A stretch of DNA of 64,000 bases from Rhodospirillales bacterium (GTDB lineage: Bacteria > Pseudomonadota > Alphaproteobacteria > Rhodospirillales > UBA2165). Under the pieces are notes generated by a model. That model was not told the origin of the DNA, made no database searches, and saw only the letters and a list, made by a program, of their open reading frames with translations. Both the position numbers and the translations under genes were made by a program. Shown here piece by piece: positions 44,070-54,654 of the stretch. The stretch is taken from contig JAPPFK010000152.1 of assembly GCA_028823885.1 (NCBI GenBank), forward strand, positions 293 through 64,292, given 5' to 3'. Each line of letters starts with the position of its first letter. Positions within the stretch are counted from its first letter, which is position 1.

Positions 44070-47000
44070 CTACCCCGGCTGGGCGATGGCCGCCAGACGG
44101 CGGCTCGCCACGGCGAGCATGGAGAGATCGACGCTTTCCGCCGATTCGAGCTCGGCCAGCATCGCCCGGGTCTGGTTCATCGCCGCGCCGTGGCTCTCGG
44201 TCCAGTCGGCAAGCGCCTCATCGGGCTTCAGCCCGCCGCCCTTCCTGCCGTTCCGGCCGTTGACCATATTGAGCGTGATGCCCTTCTGGTGCGCATAGAG
44301 TTCCTCGATCACCGCATCCGCCGCCAGTTTCTGCCAGTGGCTGTCGGCGGGAAGCCTCTCCGCGTGGTGGCGGAGCCAGCCCAGTCCGAAAGTCTCGCCG
44401 ATCCGGAAATACAGCTCGGCCACCCGCCCCGCCGCCTGCCTGCAGTTCCGTGACGCGCGAACGATGTCGAGGGCCGAGACCAGCAGCAGCAGATAGGCGA
44501 CCCGGCGGGCGAGGTCCTTCGGAATGCCCTCCGAGCGGTAGCGCTCGACGCGGATACCGATCCGTTCGGTCACTTCCGCCGGAACGATCTTTTCGATCTC
44601 CGCCGCCAGGACCTCGATGGGGCCGGCGAATTCGCCGACGATTTCGCCGACGTCGATGGGCCGGGCGGCATTCCTCAGCAACCACAGGGTGGCCCGCTCG
44701 ATGAGCTGGTTGATGTCGAGGATCAAGGTCATTTGGATCCGCGCCGGCACCTTGTTGTCCAGCGCTTCGATCCGGTCCCAGATCGCCGCAATGCCGAAGG
44801 AGTCGCGCACCGCGAGGAACGCCCGGGCGATTTCGGCGACGCCGGCCCCGGTCTTCTCCATCATGTTGAAAACGAACGAGCCGCCGACCCGGTTCAGCAG
44901 GTCGTTAGTGACGATTGTGGCGATGAGTTCGCGGCGCAACTGGTGACCGCAGATTTCGGCCCGGTACTTCTTGCGGAGCGGGGTCGGGAAGTAATCGATC
45001 AGGTCGTCCTGAAGTTCCGGCGCATCCGGCAGGTCGCTGGCCAGGATCTCGTCATAGACCCAGAGCTTGGCGTAACTGAGCACGACCGAAATTTCGGGCC
45101 GGGTAAGCCCGAGACGCGCCCGTTCGCGCTCATTCAGCGCCTCTTCATCGGGCAGGAACTCCACATCCCGGACGAGCCCGGCCTCTTTCTCGAGGGTCCG
45201 GATCAGGCGTATCTGGAGATCCAGCAAATCGGCGCCGACCGTCCGGAACATGGTGATCGCCTGGGTCTGCAAATAGTTGTCCCGCAGCACGAGTTCGGCG
45301 ACCTCGCCGGTCATGTCCTCGAGCAGCTTGTTGCGCGCCGCCTGGGTGAGTTTGCCCTTGGCAACCGCGGAATCGAGCAGAATCTTGATGTTCACCTCGT
45401 GATCCGAGCAGTCGACGCCGGCCGAATTGTCGATGAAGTCCGCATTGAGCCGCCCGCCCTTCAGCGCGTACTCGATTCGTCCCAACTGGGTGACGCCGAG
45501 ATTGGCGCCCTCGCCGACGACCCGGCAATTCAGCTCCCGGGCATCGATCCGGACCGCGTCATTGGTCCGGTCGTCGGCATCGGCGTGCCCCTCGTCGGAC
45601 GATTTGACGAAGGTCCCGATGCCGCCGAACCACAGAAGCTCGACCTCGGCCCGGAGAATCGCCTGGATCAACTCGTTGGGCGTGACCCGGGACTTGGCAA
45701 TCCCCAGGGCATTGCGGATTTCGGCGGTGAGGGGGATGGATTTCGCGCTCCGCTCGAAGACGCCGCCGCCCTTCGAGATGAGCTTTTTGTCATAGTCCGT
45801 CCACGACGAGCGGGCGAGTTTGAACAGCCGCCTGCGTTCGGCGAACGATTTCGCCGGATCGGGATCGGGATCGACGAAAATGTGCAGGTGATTGAACGCG
45901 GCGATCAGCTTGATGTGCTTGCTGCGCAGCATGCCGTTGCCGAACACGTCTCCCGACATGTCGCCGACGCCGGCGCAAGTGAAGTCCTCGGCCTGGATGT
46001 CCTTCCCCGCCTCGCGGAAGTGCCGCTTGACCGATTCCCAGGCGCCGCGGGCCGTGATGCCCATCTTCTTGTGGTCGTACCCGACGCTGCCGCCCGACGC
46101 ATAGGCATCGCCGAGCCAGAAGCCGTAATCCATGGCGACCCCGTTGGCGATATCCGAGAACGTCGCGGTTCCCTTGTCGGCGGCGACCACCAGATAGGGG
46201 TCGTCGCCGTCGGCGCGCACCACGCGCCTGGGCGCGACGATTCCCCGCTCGGCGATATTGTCGGTGATGTCGAGGAGGCCCGACATGAAGGTCTTGTAGC
46301 AGGCGATGCCTTCCTCGATGTACGCCTCGCGGCCGCCGCCGGCGGGCGGGCGCTTGACGACGAATCCGCCCTTCGACCCGACCGGCACGATGACCGTGTT
46401 CTTGACCATCTGGGCCTTCATCAGGCCCAGAATCTCGGTTCGGAAATCCTCCGGCCGGTCGGACCAGCGCAAGCCGCCGCGGGCGACCATGCCGCCGCGC
46501 AGGTGGACCGCCTCGACCCGCGGCGAATAGACGAAAATCTCGCGCAGCGGCCGGGGCAGCGGCAGGTCATCGATGGCCCGGGAATCGTATTTGATGGAGA
46601 TGTACGGCTTGGGCTGGCCCTCGGCGTCGTACTGGTAGTAATTGGTACGGAGCGCCGCCTCCACCAGATTGACGAATCGCCGGAGGATGCGGTCTTCGTC
46701 GGCGCTCGCCACCTCTTCCAGCCGGTCCATGATGTCCCGCTTGAGCCTGGCCAGCCTCCGGGCCCGGCCCTTGTCCCGGTCCGGATCGAATTTGGCCTGG
46801 AACAGCCTGATGATGCGTTCGGCGATCACCGGGTTGTTGCGCAGCGTCGCCACCATGTAATCCTGGGAAAACGGAATGGCGGCCTGCCGGAGGTATTTGG
46901 CGAAGGCCCGGATGATGCTGATTTCCCGCCAGGTCAGCTTCGCGGTCAGGACCAGCGCGTTGAAGCCGTCGGACTCCATCTCGCCGTTCCAGATGCGGCG

Positions 47001-48917
47001 GAACGCCTCGTGGAATATCTCCCGGGTGGCGTCCAGGTCCACCTTGTCCGTATCGCGCGCCACCAGGCCGAAGTCGTGCAGCATGACCAATCCCGGATCA
47101 TCTTGCGCGACCTCGATGTTATGGGGCACCTCGTCGATCACCTTGAGGCCCAAATCCTCGAGTATCGGCAGGACGTCCGATAACGGCAACGGCTCCCTGG
47201 GATGGAAAACCTTGAACCTGACCTCGTTGTCGGCGGCGCCCTCGGGCCGGTAGAAATCCAGATTCAAGCCGCCTCGCTGCACCACGTGCTGGAGCAGCTC
47301 GATGTCGGAGAGCGCCGCTTCGGCGCCGAACTTCTCCGTATAGCTGACCGGAAACGCATCGCCGTAGGTGCCGAGCAGTTGGAAGCCGCGCTCCTCGCCA
47401 TGTCTGTCCACCAGCGCCGCGCGCAAATGATCCGACCAGGACCGGGAGGCCGACGAAAGCTCGGCCTCGACCGCTTCGTGGTCGTAGCTCGGCTTTTTCC
47501 CCGGCGTCGTCGTGATGATGACGTGCAGCCGGGCCAGGGGCGAATCGCCGATTTCGGTGTTGAACCCGCTGACTTCGCCGTCGAACACCCGGCACAAGAT
47601 CCGCTGAACCTGGACCCCGAGGCCGGTCGTGTAGCGTTCGCGCGGGATGTAGACCAGGCACGAAACGAACCGGTTGAAATCGTCCCGGCGGACGAACAGG
47701 GCCACCCGCTGGCGTTCCTGCAACTGGAGGATTCCCATGGATATTTCCATGAGATCCTCGTCGCGAATCTGGAACAGCTCGTCCCGGGGATAGGTCTCCA
47801 GAATGTGCATCAGCGCCTTGCCGGCGTGACCGGTCGCCGGCAATCCGGCCTTGGCGATGGTCTTGTCCAGTTTGCGGCGCAGGAGCGGAATGCCGCGCGG
47901 GCTCGACGAATAGGCGACGGAGGTGAACAGGCCGACGAACAAGCGCTCGCCGGCCACCTTGCCGTTGTCGTCGAACCGCTTGATCCCGATGGCGTCGAGG
48001 CGCACCGGCCGGTGCACGGTCGCCCGCGAGTCGGCCTTCGAGACCACCACCGGATCGCGCCGCCGGACGAACCGGCGGACGTCCGCCGGCATCTTGTCGA
48101 GGTGGCGCAGCTCGTTGAACACCAGACGGCCCGAGTCCCGCAGGATACCGAGGCCCGTCTTGCGGTTGACCAGGACCTTGGCGTTGGCGCCCGAGCCCTT
48201 GAAATCGTGATCCCGGTACCCCAGGAAGGTGAAATTGTCGTCGTGCAGCCACTGCAGGAAATCCTGCGCCTCGGCCACCTCGGCCGCGGCGCCCTCGGCG
48301 TAGCGAAGCTTCATTTCGTCGATGATCTCGCGAATTCGCCGCCGCATGTGGTGCCAGTCCTCGACCGCGCTGCGCACGTCCCGGAGCACCACCGACACGG
48401 TTTTCTCGATGGCCGCCAGGTGCTTCGGATCGCGCTGCCGGGTGATGTCGAAGGATATGAAGGATTCGCGCAGCACGTTGTCGCCGGTTTCCTCGTGGGG
48501 CAGCAGCGCCTTCAGGTTGCCGGCGCCGTCCCGCCGGACCGAAAGCACGGGATGGATGACCAAATGCACCTCGATCCCCTGCCGCGAGAGCTCGGAGGTC
48601 ACCGAGTCGACCAGGAACGGCATGTCGTCGTTGACGATTTCGATGATCGTGTGAGCGCTTGTCCAGCCGTCCTTCGCCGGATCCGGGTTGTAGACCCGGA
48701 GCTTCATCTCCCGCCGGCGGCGCTTGGCGGCCAAGGCGCAAATCGATCCGGCCGAACCGGCCATGTTCGCCGCGCCCCGTTCGTTCAGGTCGGGGAGCGA
48801 AATATGGGCGTAGAAGCTCCGCATGAAGTCGCCGACCATCCGGCGGTTGCGCCCCTTGAGCGCCCCGGCCGCTTCCCGCAACAGGGCCGCGCGCCGCCTA
48901 TCGGTGGATGTGCTCAC
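44070..48917 (-). CDS. gdhB: NAD-specific glutamate dehydrogenase, large (~180 kDa) type
   Basis: 1615-aa single ORF, GTG start. Its size and central catalytic region (VPVGSKGGFV, VVAADKGTATFSD, GGSVGYDHKKMGITARGAWE) are characteristic of the Bac_GDH family. Confidence 0.9.
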   Translation of the reverse strand: MSTSTDRRRAALLREAAGALKGRNRRMVGDFMRSFYAHISLPDLNERGAANMAGSAGSICALAAKRRRREMKLRVYNPDPAKDGWTSAHTIIEIVNDDMPFLVDSVTSELSRQGIEVHLVIHPVLSVRRDGAGNLKALLPHEETGDNVLRESFISFDITRQRDPKHLAAIEKTVSVVLRDVRSAVEDWHHMRRRIREIIDEMKLRYAEGAAAEVAEAQDFLQWLHDDNFTFLGYRDHDFKGSGANAKVLVNRKTGLGILRDSGRLVFNELRHLDKMPADVRRFVRRRDPVVVSKADSRATVHRPVRLDAIGIKRFDDNGKVAGERLFVGLFTSVAYSSSPRGIPLLRRKLDKTIAKAGLPATGHAGKALMHILETYPRDELFQIRDEDLMEISMGILQLQERQRVALFVRRDDFNRFVSCLVYIPRERYTTGLGVQVQRILCRVFDGEVSGFNTEIGDSPLARLHVIITTTPGKKPSYDHEAVEAELSSASRSWSDHLRAALVDRHGEERGFQLLGTYGDAFPVSYTEKFGAEAALSDIELLQHVVQRGGLNLDFYRPEGAADNEVRFKVFHPREPLPLSDVLPILEDLGLKVIDEVPHNIEVAQDDPGLVMLHDFGLVARDTDKVDLDATREIFHEAFRRIWNGEMESDGFNALVLTAKLTWREISIIRAFAKYLRQAAIPFSQDYMVATLRNNPVIAERIIRLFQAKFDPDRDKGRARRLARLKRDIMDRLEEVASADEDRILRRFVNLVEAALRTNYYQYDAEGQPKPYISIKYDSRAIDDLPLPRPLREIFVYSPRVEAVHLRGGMVARGGLRWSDRPEDFRTEILGLMKAQMVKNTVIVPVGSKGGFVVKRPPAGGGREAYIEEGIACYKTFMSGLLDITDNIAERGIVAPRRVVRADGDDPYLVVAADKGTATFSDIANGVAMDYGFWLGDAYASGGSVGYDHKKMGITARGAWESVKRHFREAGKDIQAEDFTCAGVGDMSGDVFGNGMLRSKHIKLIAAFNHLHIFVDPDPDPAKSFAERRRLFKLARSSWTDYDKKLISKGGGVFERSAKSIPLTAEIRNALGIAKSRVTPNELIQAILRAEVELLWFGGIGTFVKSSDEGHADADDRTNDAVRIDARELNCRVVGEGANLGVTQLGRIEYALKGGRLNADFIDNSAGVDCSDHEVNIKILLDSAVAKGKLTQAARNKLLEDMTGEVAELVLRDNYLQTQAITMFRTVGADLLDLQIRLIRTLEKEAGLVRDVEFLPDEEALNERERARLGLTRPEISVVLSYAKLWVYDEILASDLPDAPELQDDLIDYFPTPLRKKYRAEICGHQLRRELIATIVTNDLLNRVGGSFVFNMMEKTGAGVAEIARAFLAVRDSFGIAAIWDRIEALDNKVPARIQMTLILDINQLIERATLWLLRNAARPIDVGEIVGEFAGPIEVLAAEIEKIVPAEVTERIGIRVERYRSEGIPKDLARRVAYLLLLVSALDIVRASRNCRQAAGRVAELYFRIGETFGLGWLRHHAERLPADSHWQKLAADAVIEELYAHQKGITLNMVNGRNGRKGGGLKPDEALADWTESHGAAMNQTRAMLAELESAESVDLSMLAVASRRLAAIAQPG

Positions 48918-49087
48918 GATCGTCCCCAGGGTCCGTCTCCGCCATGCCGCCCCGATGGCCGTTCTCCGGCTCGGATTTTGGGGGGCGAACGCCCCGATTC
49001 AACAGGTTTTTTCGAAAGCATAGTGTATCACAAGCCCTAACCGGCCGGTATCCGGGCCTTCGGCCTTATCGCCGGGAGAAATCCGGG

Positions 49088-49492
49088 CTAGCCGCAGCTG
49101 AGATCGAACGCCGCCAGCCCCTCGTCGAGATAGTCCGGCAACAGGGGCATGCCGAGAAGATACTCCGCGGTCCGGTCGTTGTGCTCGTCGGTCGCCATGC
49201 GCAGCGCCTCGTCCCAGTCCTCGGCGGTGAAGTCGCCGCGGCCCACCCAGGCCAGCGCCACGATTTGACACTGGTCGTCATGGCTCATGGCGTTGATCCA
49301 CGCCTTGATTTCATCCCCGGTGGAATCAGCGGTCTCTTCGTGATGGTGGGCGTCGGAAATATCCTCGATGTTGTCGATGTGCTCTTCCGGTTCGTCGGCC
49401 TCGTACTCGTCCTCGCCGACGGGCGTTTGGGACTCGAACTCCCGCGCCTTGGCGACGATGAAACACACTTTTTCGATATCGATTTCCAACAT
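49088..49492 (-). CDS. DUF3775-family protein
   Basis: Internal ATG (MLEIDIEKVCFIVAKAREFE) gives 134 aa with an acidic middle and C-terminal LLGMPLLPDYLEEG-type ending, typical of DUF3775. The upstream part of the 200-aa ORF looks non-coding. Confidence 0.65.
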   Translation of the reverse strand: MLEIDIEKVCFIVAKAREFESQTPVGEDEYEADEPEEHIDNIEDISDAHHHEETADSTGDEIKAWINAMSHDDQCQIVALAWVGRGDFTAEDWDEALRMATDEHNDRTAEYLLGMPLLPDYLDEGLAAFDLSCG

Positions 49493-49557
49493 GGGCGTAC
49501 TCCGGAACTTTGTCCTCCTACCGTCCCGAACCGGGGTCCGGCAAGCCTTGACGAACG

Positions 49558-50460
49558 TCAACCCTCCTCGATGCCTTCCGGCGCGTAGACCCGGACGGCG
49601 TTGCCGTGGAGCATGCTCTGCTGGTCGGCTTCGCTGAATCCGGCCAGCGCCCGGCGGAACGCGCCGATCAACGGCCCGTATCCGGTCCACAATTTCTCGA
49701 TCGGAAAGTTGCTGCCGTAGATGCAGCGCCCGGCGCCGAATATCTCCACCGTTTGGGGCACGATGTCCGCGATGAAGGCCGGGTCGTTGCGGCGGATGAA
49801 CGTCCCGAGGCCCGACAGCTTGTTCATCACGTTGGGCTCATCGGCGAGCCGCTTCATGCCGTCCCGCCACGCCGTCATGCCTGCTTGGGAGGTGTCGTCC
49901 GGCATGCCGCAATGCTGCAGCACCATGGTGGTCTCCGGGAAATCGGCGGCCAGCCGGGCCGCATCCTCCATTTGGGAGGCGAACACCTGCAGTTCGAACA
50001 TCAATCCATAAGTCCGCAGGTGGGCGAAGCCCCGGCGCCACGACGCGTCGTTCATCACGTCCGCGCGCGGCTGAAACCGGCAAAGCTCGTTCTCGTGCCA
50101 ATGAAGCTGCTGGCGGACCCCGCGCACCCGGGGAATGCCGGCGAGCGCCCTGAGGGTTTCGTCCACGTCGTCGGCGTGAAAATCGGCAAAGCCGACGATG
50201 GCATGGGGCCACCCGGACGCATCGGCCACCGACTGGACCCAACGGGATTCGTCGACCGCCCGCCTGGCCGGCCAGTTGGCCTGGACATAGACCGAACCCG
50301 CCACCCCATGGCCTTCGAGATCGGCGCGGAACTCGCCGATGGGATAGTCCCGCTTGATGGGCGTGTAGTCGCCGAAAATGCGCGGCTCGTTGGGGCCGTT
50401 GAGCCACGGCAGGTCGGCCTGGCGCCAGATGTGGTGGTGGGCGTCGATCGCCGGAATCAT
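49558..50460 (-). CDS. amidohydrolase-2 (TIM-barrel metal-dependent hydrolase) family protein
   Basis: 300 aa, N-terminal IDAHHHIW metal motif, NWPA, HCGMP. Confidence 0.8.
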   Translation of the reverse strand: MIPAIDAHHHIWRQADLPWLNGPNEPRIFGDYTPIKRDYPIGEFRADLEGHGVAGSVYVQANWPARRAVDESRWVQSVADASGWPHAIVGFADFHADDVDETLRALAGIPRVRGVRQQLHWHENELCRFQPRADVMNDASWRRGFAHLRTYGLMFELQVFASQMEDAARLAADFPETTMVLQHCGMPDDTSQAGMTAWRDGMKRLADEPNVMNKLSGLGTFIRRNDPAFIADIVPQTVEIFGAGRCIYGSNFPIEKLWTGYGPLIGAFRRALAGFSEADQQSMLHGNAVRVYAPEGIEEG

Positions 50461-50475
50461 CCCGCTCCTCTCCGT

Positions 50476-51513
50476 CTAGCCGTCCGCCACCCGGATGACC
50501 GCGCGGCCCGTCACGTCGCCGGCTTCCACCAGGTCGTGGAGTTCGTTGGCCTCTTCCATGGGCCGGACCTCGGTCACCAGGGGCCACACCTCGCCCCGGC
50601 CGGCCAGTTCGAGGGCGCTCGCCAATTCGCCCTTGGTGCAGAACCGGCTGCCCAGCACCTCCCGTTCGCCGGCGAGGAACGACATGGCGTTGACCTCGAA
50701 ATCCTGTCCGGCGCCGCCGAGGGTGACGAGACGCCCGCCGACGCCGAGGGACTTGAACCCCGCCTCCAACGTCTGGCGCGACGAGACATAGTCGATGGCC
50801 ACGTCGGCGCCGCCGCCCGACGCCTCGACGATCGCCTCGACGACATCGTTGCGGCCGCCGTCGATGCAGATCTCGGCGCCGGCCTTTTCGCAGGCGGCGA
50901 ATTTTTCGGGCTTGGTGTCGACGGCGATCACCCGGGCATTGGCGTAGGCCCCCATCATCACCTGATGGATGCCGACCCCGCCGCCGGCGCCGAACACCGC
51001 GACCCACTCGCCGGGCCGGACCCGGGCGCGGCGCAGCACCTTGACCGGCGTTGCCAGGGCATCGGCGGCCACGCCGGCTTCCGCGGGATGCGCCTTGTAA
51101 TCGAGGCTTTCGGGAAACTTCACGAAGGACCGCGCCGGCAGCTTGATGTATTCGGCATACCCGCCGTCGACCGCGCGGCCGATGACGCCGGGCGAGTTTT
51201 CGCACAGGCTCTCCCGGTCCGCGAGGCACCAGCGGCAATGGCCGCAGGTGAGATAGAAATGCGCGGTGACCCCGTCGCCGACGGCGAGGCCGTAATCGTG
51301 GCCGGGCCCGATCTCGACGATCTCGGCGGCGATTTCATGGCCGATGATCAGCGGATAGTTGGCCGGCACCCGCCCCGCCTTGACGTGCTGGATGGTCAGC
51401 CCCGCGCCGCAGGTGATCACCCGCGCGACCGCCTCGCCCGGCCCGGCCGCGGGGTCCGGCACGTCCTTGAGATCGAACGGCCGGTTGGGGCCTTCCAGGA
51501 CCAGCGCCTTCAT
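50476..51513 (-). CDS. zinc-dependent alcohol dehydrogenase family protein
   Basis: 345 aa: GHEIAAEIVEIG, structural-Zn Cys cluster CGHCRWCLADRESLC, NAD motif VFGAGGGVG. Confidence 0.85.
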   Translation of the reverse strand: MKALVLEGPNRPFDLKDVPDPAAGPGEAVARVITCGAGLTIQHVKAGRVPANYPLIIGHEIAAEIVEIGPGHDYGLAVGDGVTAHFYLTCGHCRWCLADRESLCENSPGVIGRAVDGGYAEYIKLPARSFVKFPESLDYKAHPAEAGVAADALATPVKVLRRARVRPGEWVAVFGAGGGVGIHQVMMGAYANARVIAVDTKPEKFAACEKAGAEICIDGGRNDVVEAIVEASGGGADVAIDYVSSRQTLEAGFKSLGVGGRLVTLGGAGQDFEVNAMSFLAGEREVLGSRFCTKGELASALELAGRGEVWPLVTEVRPMEEANELHDLVEAGDVTGRAVIRVADG

Positions 51514-51607
51514 GCCATGCCTCCCTTGGTTCCATGAATTGTTATCAGGTCTTTTGCCGAATTAGACCAGATACGGGCGCCCAGAAAAGCCAAAAAATCG
51601 CCGCGCG

Positions 51608-52765
51608 CTACACGGCCGCCCCGGTGCCGAAAATGGCCGTGACCTGAGACGACAGCTTGCCGCCGTTGCCGTTGCAGAGCGCGATCTCCGCGCCCTCGAC
51701 CTGGCGGCCCTCGGCCTCGCCCCTCAGTTGCTCGACCGCCTCGGCGACGGTGAACAGGCCGTACATGCCCGGATGGACGCAGCTCAGTCCGCCGCCGTTG
51801 GTGTTGACCGGCAGGCGGCCGCCGGGGGCGATGGCGCCCGATTCCACCAGCGCGCCCCCCTCGCCCTTGGCGCAAAAGCCCAAATCTTCGAGGAACAGGA
51901 TCGTGTTGATGGTGAAGGCGTCATAGAACTCCATCACGTCGATGTCGCCCCGGGAAACCTCCGCCATCTCGAACGCCCGGGGCGCGGCCTTGGCGACCGC
52001 GGTCACCGTAATGTCCGGCATCTGGGCGATCTGGTCGTGGGTCATGGCCATGCCGATGCCGAGGAGGTAAACCGGCGGCTTCGGGAAGTCCCCGGCCCGC
52101 TCGGACCGGACCATGACGATTGCCGCCCCGCCGTCCGAAACCAGGCAGCAATCGAGCACGGTGAACGGATCGCAGATCATCCGGGCATTGGCCACGTCCT
52201 CGACGGTGATGGGCTCCCGCATCTCGGCGCGGGGATTTTTCGCCGCCCATGCCCGGGCCGAGACGGCGACCGAGGAAAGCTGGTCCCGGGTGGTGCCGAA
52301 TTCGTGCATGTGGCGCGCCGCCGCCATGGCATACGATCCGATGGGGTTGCGGGGCCGGTAGACGTCTTCGTAGGGCGTCCGGACCTGCGGTCCCCGTCCC
52401 TGTCCGGCGCGCCCGCCCGACCGCGCCGTCGAGCCGTAGGCGATCAACGCGACGTTGCAGACCCCGGTGGCCAGCGCCATGGCCGCGGCCTGGACATGGC
52501 TGACGAATGTCGAGCCGCCGATATTGGTGCTGTCGAGAACCGCCGGGTCGATCCCCAGATACTCCGCCGACTGGAGCGCCAGGAACGGGCTCGCGAAATT
52601 GGAGACGAACAGCCCGTCGACATCCTTGACGGTCAGGCCGGCATCGGAGAGCGCCCCGTGGGACGCCTCCGCCATCACCTCCAGATGAGAGCGTTCGGGC
52701 AGGGTGCCGAACTCGGTGAGGCCAAGCCCGACAACGGCCGCGGCGCCCCGCAACATGTGCGCCAT
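51608..52765 (-). CDS. thiolase-fold protein (SCP-x/DUF35-partner type)
   Basis: Start at internal ATG 52765 (MAHMLRGAAAVVGLGLTEFG), 385 aa, with C-terminal NTNGGGLS and GMYGL motifs. ATGA overlap with the upstream DUF35 gene. Confidence 0.8.
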   Translation of the reverse strand: MAHMLRGAAAVVGLGLTEFGTLPERSHLEVMAEASHGALSDAGLTVKDVDGLFVSNFASPFLALQSAEYLGIDPAVLDSTNIGGSTFVSHVQAAAMALATGVCNVALIAYGSTARSGGRAGQGRGPQVRTPYEDVYRPRNPIGSYAMAAARHMHEFGTTRDQLSSVAVSARAWAAKNPRAEMREPITVEDVANARMICDPFTVLDCCLVSDGGAAIVMVRSERAGDFPKPPVYLLGIGMAMTHDQIAQMPDITVTAVAKAAPRAFEMAEVSRGDIDVMEFYDAFTINTILFLEDLGFCAKGEGGALVESGAIAPGGRLPVNTNGGGLSCVHPGMYGLFTVAEAVEQLRGEAEGRQVEGAEIALCNGNGGKLSSQVTAIFGTGAAV

Positions 52766-53160
52766 CAGCCGGCCTCCGCCAACCGGAACAGGACGACCCT
52801 CTCCTCGTCCAGTTCGCCGATGAAGGCTTCCACCGGCCGGCCGATCCGGACCTCCTCGGGAGGCGCGTCCACGACCCGGCTGATGAGCCGCGGCCCTTCC
52901 TCCAGGTCGACGAGACAGATGTTGTAATCGCCGCCCCTCTCCGGCTTCTGCCGGACGATCGTGGTCGAATAGACGGTGCCCTTGCCGGACGCCGTCACCC
53001 AGCCGAGGTCCGTCGAGCCGCACGCGGGGCAGATCGCCCGGGGATAGAAGATGTGGGCCCCGCAGCCGCCGCACTTCTGGATTCGGAACGCGCCGTTCTC
53101 CAGCGCCGCCCGGTAAACCGAGTCGGGACCCGGGCTGTCGAAGGTCCGGTTGCCGCTCAT
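52765..53160 (-). CDS. Zn-ribbon/OB-fold protein (DUF35 family)
   Basis: Only the last 131 codons of the 466-aa ORF look real: CGGCGAHIFYPRAICPACGS Zn ribbon, then an OB fold (GKGTVYSTTIV). Confidence 0.8.
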   Translation of the reverse strand: MSGNRTFDSPGPDSVYRAALENGAFRIQKCGGCGAHIFYPRAICPACGSTDLGWVTASGKGTVYSTTIVRQKPERGGDYNICLVDLEEGPRLISRVVDAPPEEVRIGRPVEAFIGELDEERVVLFRLAEAG

Positions 53161-53238
53161 GTCCGCCTCCCCTTTGGCGGCCGGAGTTGACTCGACCGCC
53201 CGCCATGGCCAACGTTCTCCCGACAGGGTCCAAAAAAA

Positions 53239-53919
53239 ATGATCGATAAGCAATGCAAGAGTGCGGCGGAAGCCGTCGAGGGGATCGAGGACGGCGCCGT
53301 CATCCTGGTCGGCGGCTTCGGCCAGACGGGCGAGCCCATGGACCTCCTCGACGCCATCGCCGCCAAGGGCCTGAAGGACCTCACCATCGTCGCCAACGGC
53401 GGCGGATCGGGCGAGCACGGCATCGGCCGGCTGTTGGCCGGCGGCTGTGTGCGGAAGCTGGTGTGCTCGTTTCCGCGGGTGCCGGGCTCCGTCGCCTTCG
53501 AGGAACTGTACGAACAGCGGGCGATCGAACTGGAGATCGTCCCCCAAGGGACTATCGCCGAACGGGTCCGGGCGGGCGGCGCCGGCATTCCCGCCTTCTA
53601 CGTGCCGACCGGCGCCGGCACCGAACTCGGCGAAGGCAAGGAACATCGCGAATTCGAGGGCCGGGCGTTCGTCATGGAACACGCCATCAAGGGCGACGTG
53701 GCGGTGATCAAGGCCGAGCGCGCCGACCGCTGGGGAAATCTGAGCTACAGGCTGTCGGCGCGGAATTTCAATCCGGTCATGGCCATGGGCGCGGAGTTGA
53801 CCATCGCCCAGGTGGAGGAGTGCGTGCCCCTGGGCGGGATGGACCCGGAAACCATCGTTACGCCCAGCATCTTCGTCGACCGGGTGGTGGAAATTCCGGA
53901 CGGGGTATCCAATGGCTGA
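53239..53919 (+). CDS. 3-oxoacid CoA-transferase subunit A
   Basis: 226 aa: AVILVGGFGQTGEP, VPQGTIAERVRAGGAGIPAFY. Confidence 0.9.
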   Translation: MIDKQCKSAAEAVEGIEDGAVILVGGFGQTGEPMDLLDAIAAKGLKDLTIVANGGGSGEHGIGRLLAGGCVRKLVCSFPRVPGSVAFEELYEQRAIELEIVPQGTIAERVRAGGAGIPAFYVPTGAGTELGEGKEHREFEGRAFVMEHAIKGDVAVIKAERADRWGNLSYRLSARNFNPVMAMGAELTIAQVEECVPLGGMDPETIVTPSIFVDRVVEIPDGVSNG

Positions 53920-54589
53920 CGGCTTGACGCGCAACCAGATGGCCTGGCGCCTCGGCCGGGATATTGCCGAGGGGTCGTACGTGAATTTGGGCGTCGGCAT
54001 CCCGCTGCTGGTGCTCGACCATGCGCCGGCCGGCCGCGAGATCATCTTCCATTCGGAAAACGGCGTGCTCGGCATGAAGCCCAAGGACGAGGCCGACGGC
54101 ATCAGGCCGGACGACCTCACCAATGCGGGCAAGCAGCCCGTGTCGCTGGTGCCCGGCGCGGCCATGTTTCACCACGCCGACAGCTTCATCATGATCCGCG
54201 GCGGGCATCTGGATATCGCGGTTCTCGGCGCCTATCAGGTGGCCGAGAACGGCGATTTGGCCAACTGGCGGCTCTCCGGCGCCCCCACCGCGCCCGCCGT
54301 CGGCGGCGCCATGGACCTCGCCGCCGGCGCCAGGAACGTCTGGGCCATATGCGAGCACAACGGCAGGGACGGCGCGCCCAAGATCGTCCGCGAGTGCACG
54401 CTCCCCCTCACCGGGCCCCGGTCGGTGAACCGCATCTACACCGATCTCGCCATCATCGACGTCACCCCGGACGGCCTCGTGGTGCGGGAGAAGATCGAGG
54501 ACCTGTCCCTGGAGGGCCTGCAGGCCCGCACCGCCGCCCCGCTGAGCCTGGCCAACGACTGGCGGCCCCTGGAGGCGCCGGAGCTATGA
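53912..54589 (+). CDS. 3-oxoacid CoA-transferase subunit B
   Basis: 225 aa with FHSENGVLG (catalytic Glu motif). Overlaps subunit A by 8 nt. Confidence 0.9.
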   Translation: MADGLTRNQMAWRLGRDIAEGSYVNLGVGIPLLVLDHAPAGREIIFHSENGVLGMKPKDEADGIRPDDLTNAGKQPVSLVPGAAMFHHADSFIMIRGGHLDIAVLGAYQVAENGDLANWRLSGAPTAPAVGGAMDLAAGARNVWAICEHNGRDGAPKIVRECTLPLTGPRSVNRIYTDLAIIDVTPDGLVVREKIEDLSLEGLQARTAAPLSLANDWRPLEAPEL

Positions 54590-54654
54590 TGACCGGCGCC
54601 AACGGCAGTTGACGAGGCTGATATTTTCGACGATGCGGATCGGGCCCTGGGACA

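Noticed and set aside
44733-47183. 816-aa plus-strand ORF, along with 47202-49040 (612 aa) and 47119-48741, overlapping the giant gdh gene.
   Set aside because: They are antisense or alternative-frame shadows of a well-supported 1615-aa gene in high-G+C DNA. The translations are Arg/Gly/Pro/Asp-rich low-complexity sequences with no recognisable motifs.
48918-49087. Hairpin GGGGCG-aa-CGCCCC in the gdh upstream / DUF3775 downstream spacer, considered as a terminator.
   Set aside because: On the strand relevant for the DUF3775 gene it is followed by an A-rich run, not a T-rich one. On the plus strand the T-run is 13 nt away. The evidence is too weak to annotate.
53161-54165. Upstream two-thirds of the 466-aa minus ORF, and the first 156 codons of the 541-aa ORF 51608-53233.
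   Set aside because: These parts are low-complexity and lie antisense to the well-supported CoA-transferase genes. Only the terminal DUF35 (52765-53160) and thiolase (51608-52765) portions show family features and proper start contexts.
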